Positions 62,485 through 64,000 of a stretch of DNA of 64,000 nucleotides are shown piece by piece; position 1 is the first letter of the stretch; every line of letters begins with the position of its first letter. Source of the stretch: Verrucomicrobiota bacterium (lineage in GTDB: Bacteria > Verrucomicrobiota > Verrucomicrobiia > Opitutales > Coraliomargaritaceae); the NCBI GenBank assembly GCA_039815375.1, contig JBCBZJ010000001.1, forward strand, positions 320,001 through 384,000, in the 5' to 3' direction. The notes beneath the pieces were generated by a model, which saw nothing but the letters and a program-made list of their open reading frames with translations, ran no database searches and was not told the DNA's origin. A program made the translations under genes and the position numbers.

Positions 62485-64000
62485 ATGTCAAACCGCACTA
62501 ATTTCGGTCAACTCAAGGAAGTCATTCAGCCACCCAACCTGATTGAGAATCAGGTCGATTCCTACAAGGAATTTCTCCAGATGGAAGTCGCGCCAAGTCA
62601 GCGTAATCCAATCGGCCTTGAAGCGGTGTTCTCTGAGGTCTTTCCGATCGAAAGCTACGACAGTCGCTGCCACCTCGAGTATGTCAGCTACCGCGTCGAC
62701 GCGCCACGCGAGACCGAGATCGAAGCCATCCGCGAAGGCGTCACCTATTCCGTTTCCCTTTATGTGAAGCTCCGCCTTCGCGAAGAGGACCACATCAAGG
62801 ACGAGGAAATCTACATGGGCGAACTCCCGATGGTTTCCGAGCGCGGCTCTTTCATTATCAATGGTGCGGAGCGTGTCATCGTCAGCCAGCTCCACCGTTC
62901 CCCTGGTATCGCTTTTGAAGAGAGCGTCCACACCAGTGGTAAGATACTTCACGCCTTCCGTATTATTCCGGACCGTGGCACCTGGCTTGAAGTTCAGTTC
63001 GACCAGAACGATCTCCTTTACGTTTATCTCGACCGCCGCCGTCGTCGTCGTAAGTTCCTTCTCACTACTTTGCTCCGTGCAATGGGCTACGGTTCCGATG
63101 CGGAGATATTAAACCTTTTCTACGATCTGGACGAAATTACCGTTGCTGAAGCACTCAAGCGCGAGTCCGTTTCGAACCTGGTTCTCACCGAAGATATCGT
63201 TGATGCCGACAAGGGTGTTGTTCTTGCACGTGCCTTCGAGCCACTCACCAAGACGATCGTTCGCACTTTCGAAAAGGCCGGCCTCAAGAAGGTTGTCGCG
63301 ATTGACACCAGCGTAGACGATGGTGCCATCATCCGCTGCCTGAAGAAGGATCCGACTCAAAACGAAGAAGAAGCGCTCAAGGACATTTACAAGCGCCTCC
63401 GCCCCGGTGAGCCGCCCACAACAGCAAACGCCAAGGCTCTTCTCAAACGCCTCTTTCAGGATCCACGCCGCTACGATCTCGGTCGCGTGGGCCGCTATAA
63501 GCTCAACCAGAAGCTCAAGATGGATACGGATCTCGACTTCCGTGTTGTCGGGGCCGAAGACGTGGTTGAAGCAACCAAGTACCTTTCGCGTCTCAAGCGT
63601 GGCGATGGCACATTGGATGACATTGACCACCTGGGCAGCCGCCGTGTTCGCACCGTTGGCGAGCTTCTTGCCAACCAGTGCCGCGTGGGCCTCGCCCGCA
63701 CCGAGCGTCTGGTGAAGGAGCGTATGACGCTTTATGACCAAAGCGTTGACTCCATCACGCCCCAGAAGCTGATCAATCCGAAGGCACTCAGCACAGTCAT
63801 CCGTGACTTCTTTGCCCGCAGCCAGCTCTCCCAGTTTATGGACCAGATTAATCCACTGGCTGAGCTCACGCACAAGCGTCGTCTTTCCGCGCTCGGCCCG
63901 GGTGGTTTGAATCGTGAACGTGCCGGTTTCGAAGTCCGCGACGTGCACCCGTCACACTATGGTCGTATCTGCCCGATTGAGACACCGGAAGGTCCGAACA
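62485..64000 (+). CDS. rpoB: RNA polymerase beta subunit (3' truncated by window edge)
   Basis: MSNRTNFG...PNLIENQ, FIINGAERVIVSQLHRSPG, DDIDHLG, SQLSQFMDQ, HKRRLSALGPGG, GRICPIETPEGP; absent from the ORF track because there is no stop in the window. Confidence 0.98.
   Translation, partial: MSNRTNFGQLKEVIQPPNLIENQVDSYKEFLQMEVAPSQRNPIGLEAVFSEVFPIESYDSRCHLEYVSYRVDAPRETEIEAIREGVTYSVSLYVKLRLREEDHIKDEEIYMGELPMVSERGSFIINGAERVIVSQLHRSPGIAFEESVHTSGKILHAFRIIPDRGTWLEVQFDQNDLLYVYLDRRRRRRKFLLTTLLRAMGYGSDAEILNLFYDLDEITVAEALKRESVSNLVLTEDIVDADKGVVLARAFEPLTKTIVRTFEKAGLKKVVAIDTSVDDGAIIRCLKKDPTQNEEEALKDIYKRLRPGEPPTTANAKALLKRLFQDPRRYDLGRVGRYKLNQKLKMDTDLDFRVVGAEDVVEATKYLSRLKRGDGTLDDIDHLGSRRVRTVGELLANQCRVGLARTERLVKERMTLYDQSVDSITPQKLINPKALSTVIRDFFARSQLSQFMDQINPLAELTHKRRLSALGPGGLNRERAGFEVRDVHPSHYGRICPIETPEGPN

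Noticed and set aside
63805..63905. Possible rifampicin-resistance signature in rpoB cluster I
   Set aside because: Q513, D516, H526 and S531 equivalents are intact; NPLAEL is a common natural variant

Overview
Bacterial chromosomal segment, most likely from Verrucomicrobiota (Opitutia, Coraliomargarita/Puniceicoccaceae-like). This assignment is inferred from a PVC-type EF-Tu switch I region, the tRNA-Thr-tuf-tRNA-Trp-secE gene order, rnhC plus rnhB, and a DUF1592/DUF1552 pair. Positions 1-25.7 kb hold a Wzx/Wzy-type surface polysaccharide locus. It encodes a CDP-3,6-dideoxyhexose pathway (rfbF/G/H plus a reductase, no rfbI), a WbyH-like FAD mutase, six sulfotransferase-like genes, six glycosyltransferases, an acetyltransferase, an O-antigen ligase and a CapD-like enzyme, followed by a DUF4838 putative glycoside hydrolase. 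Next come a 2Fe-2S ferredoxin, rpsP-trmD-rplS, an AsmA-like protein, rpsO-pnp, a TPR protein, a SET-domain gene with pilB/gspE, an S9 peptidase, mutY, rnhC, a candidate 6S RNA and pilT. These are followed by a PQQ-like/DUF1592-cytochrome/DUF1552/uxaA/fucP cluster, rnhB, and the tRNA-Thr-tuf-tRNA-Trp-secE-nusG-rplKAJL-rpoB (partial) operon. The main leads are a multiply sulfated dideoxysugar polysaccharide system, candidate RNAs (6S, an rpsO leader, a 23S rRNA GTPase-centre mimic upstream of rplL), and a recurring non-canonical promoter type with one copy inside trmD. No CRISPR array, integrase or transposase was seen. All calls come from motif reading by eye; no database searches were run.
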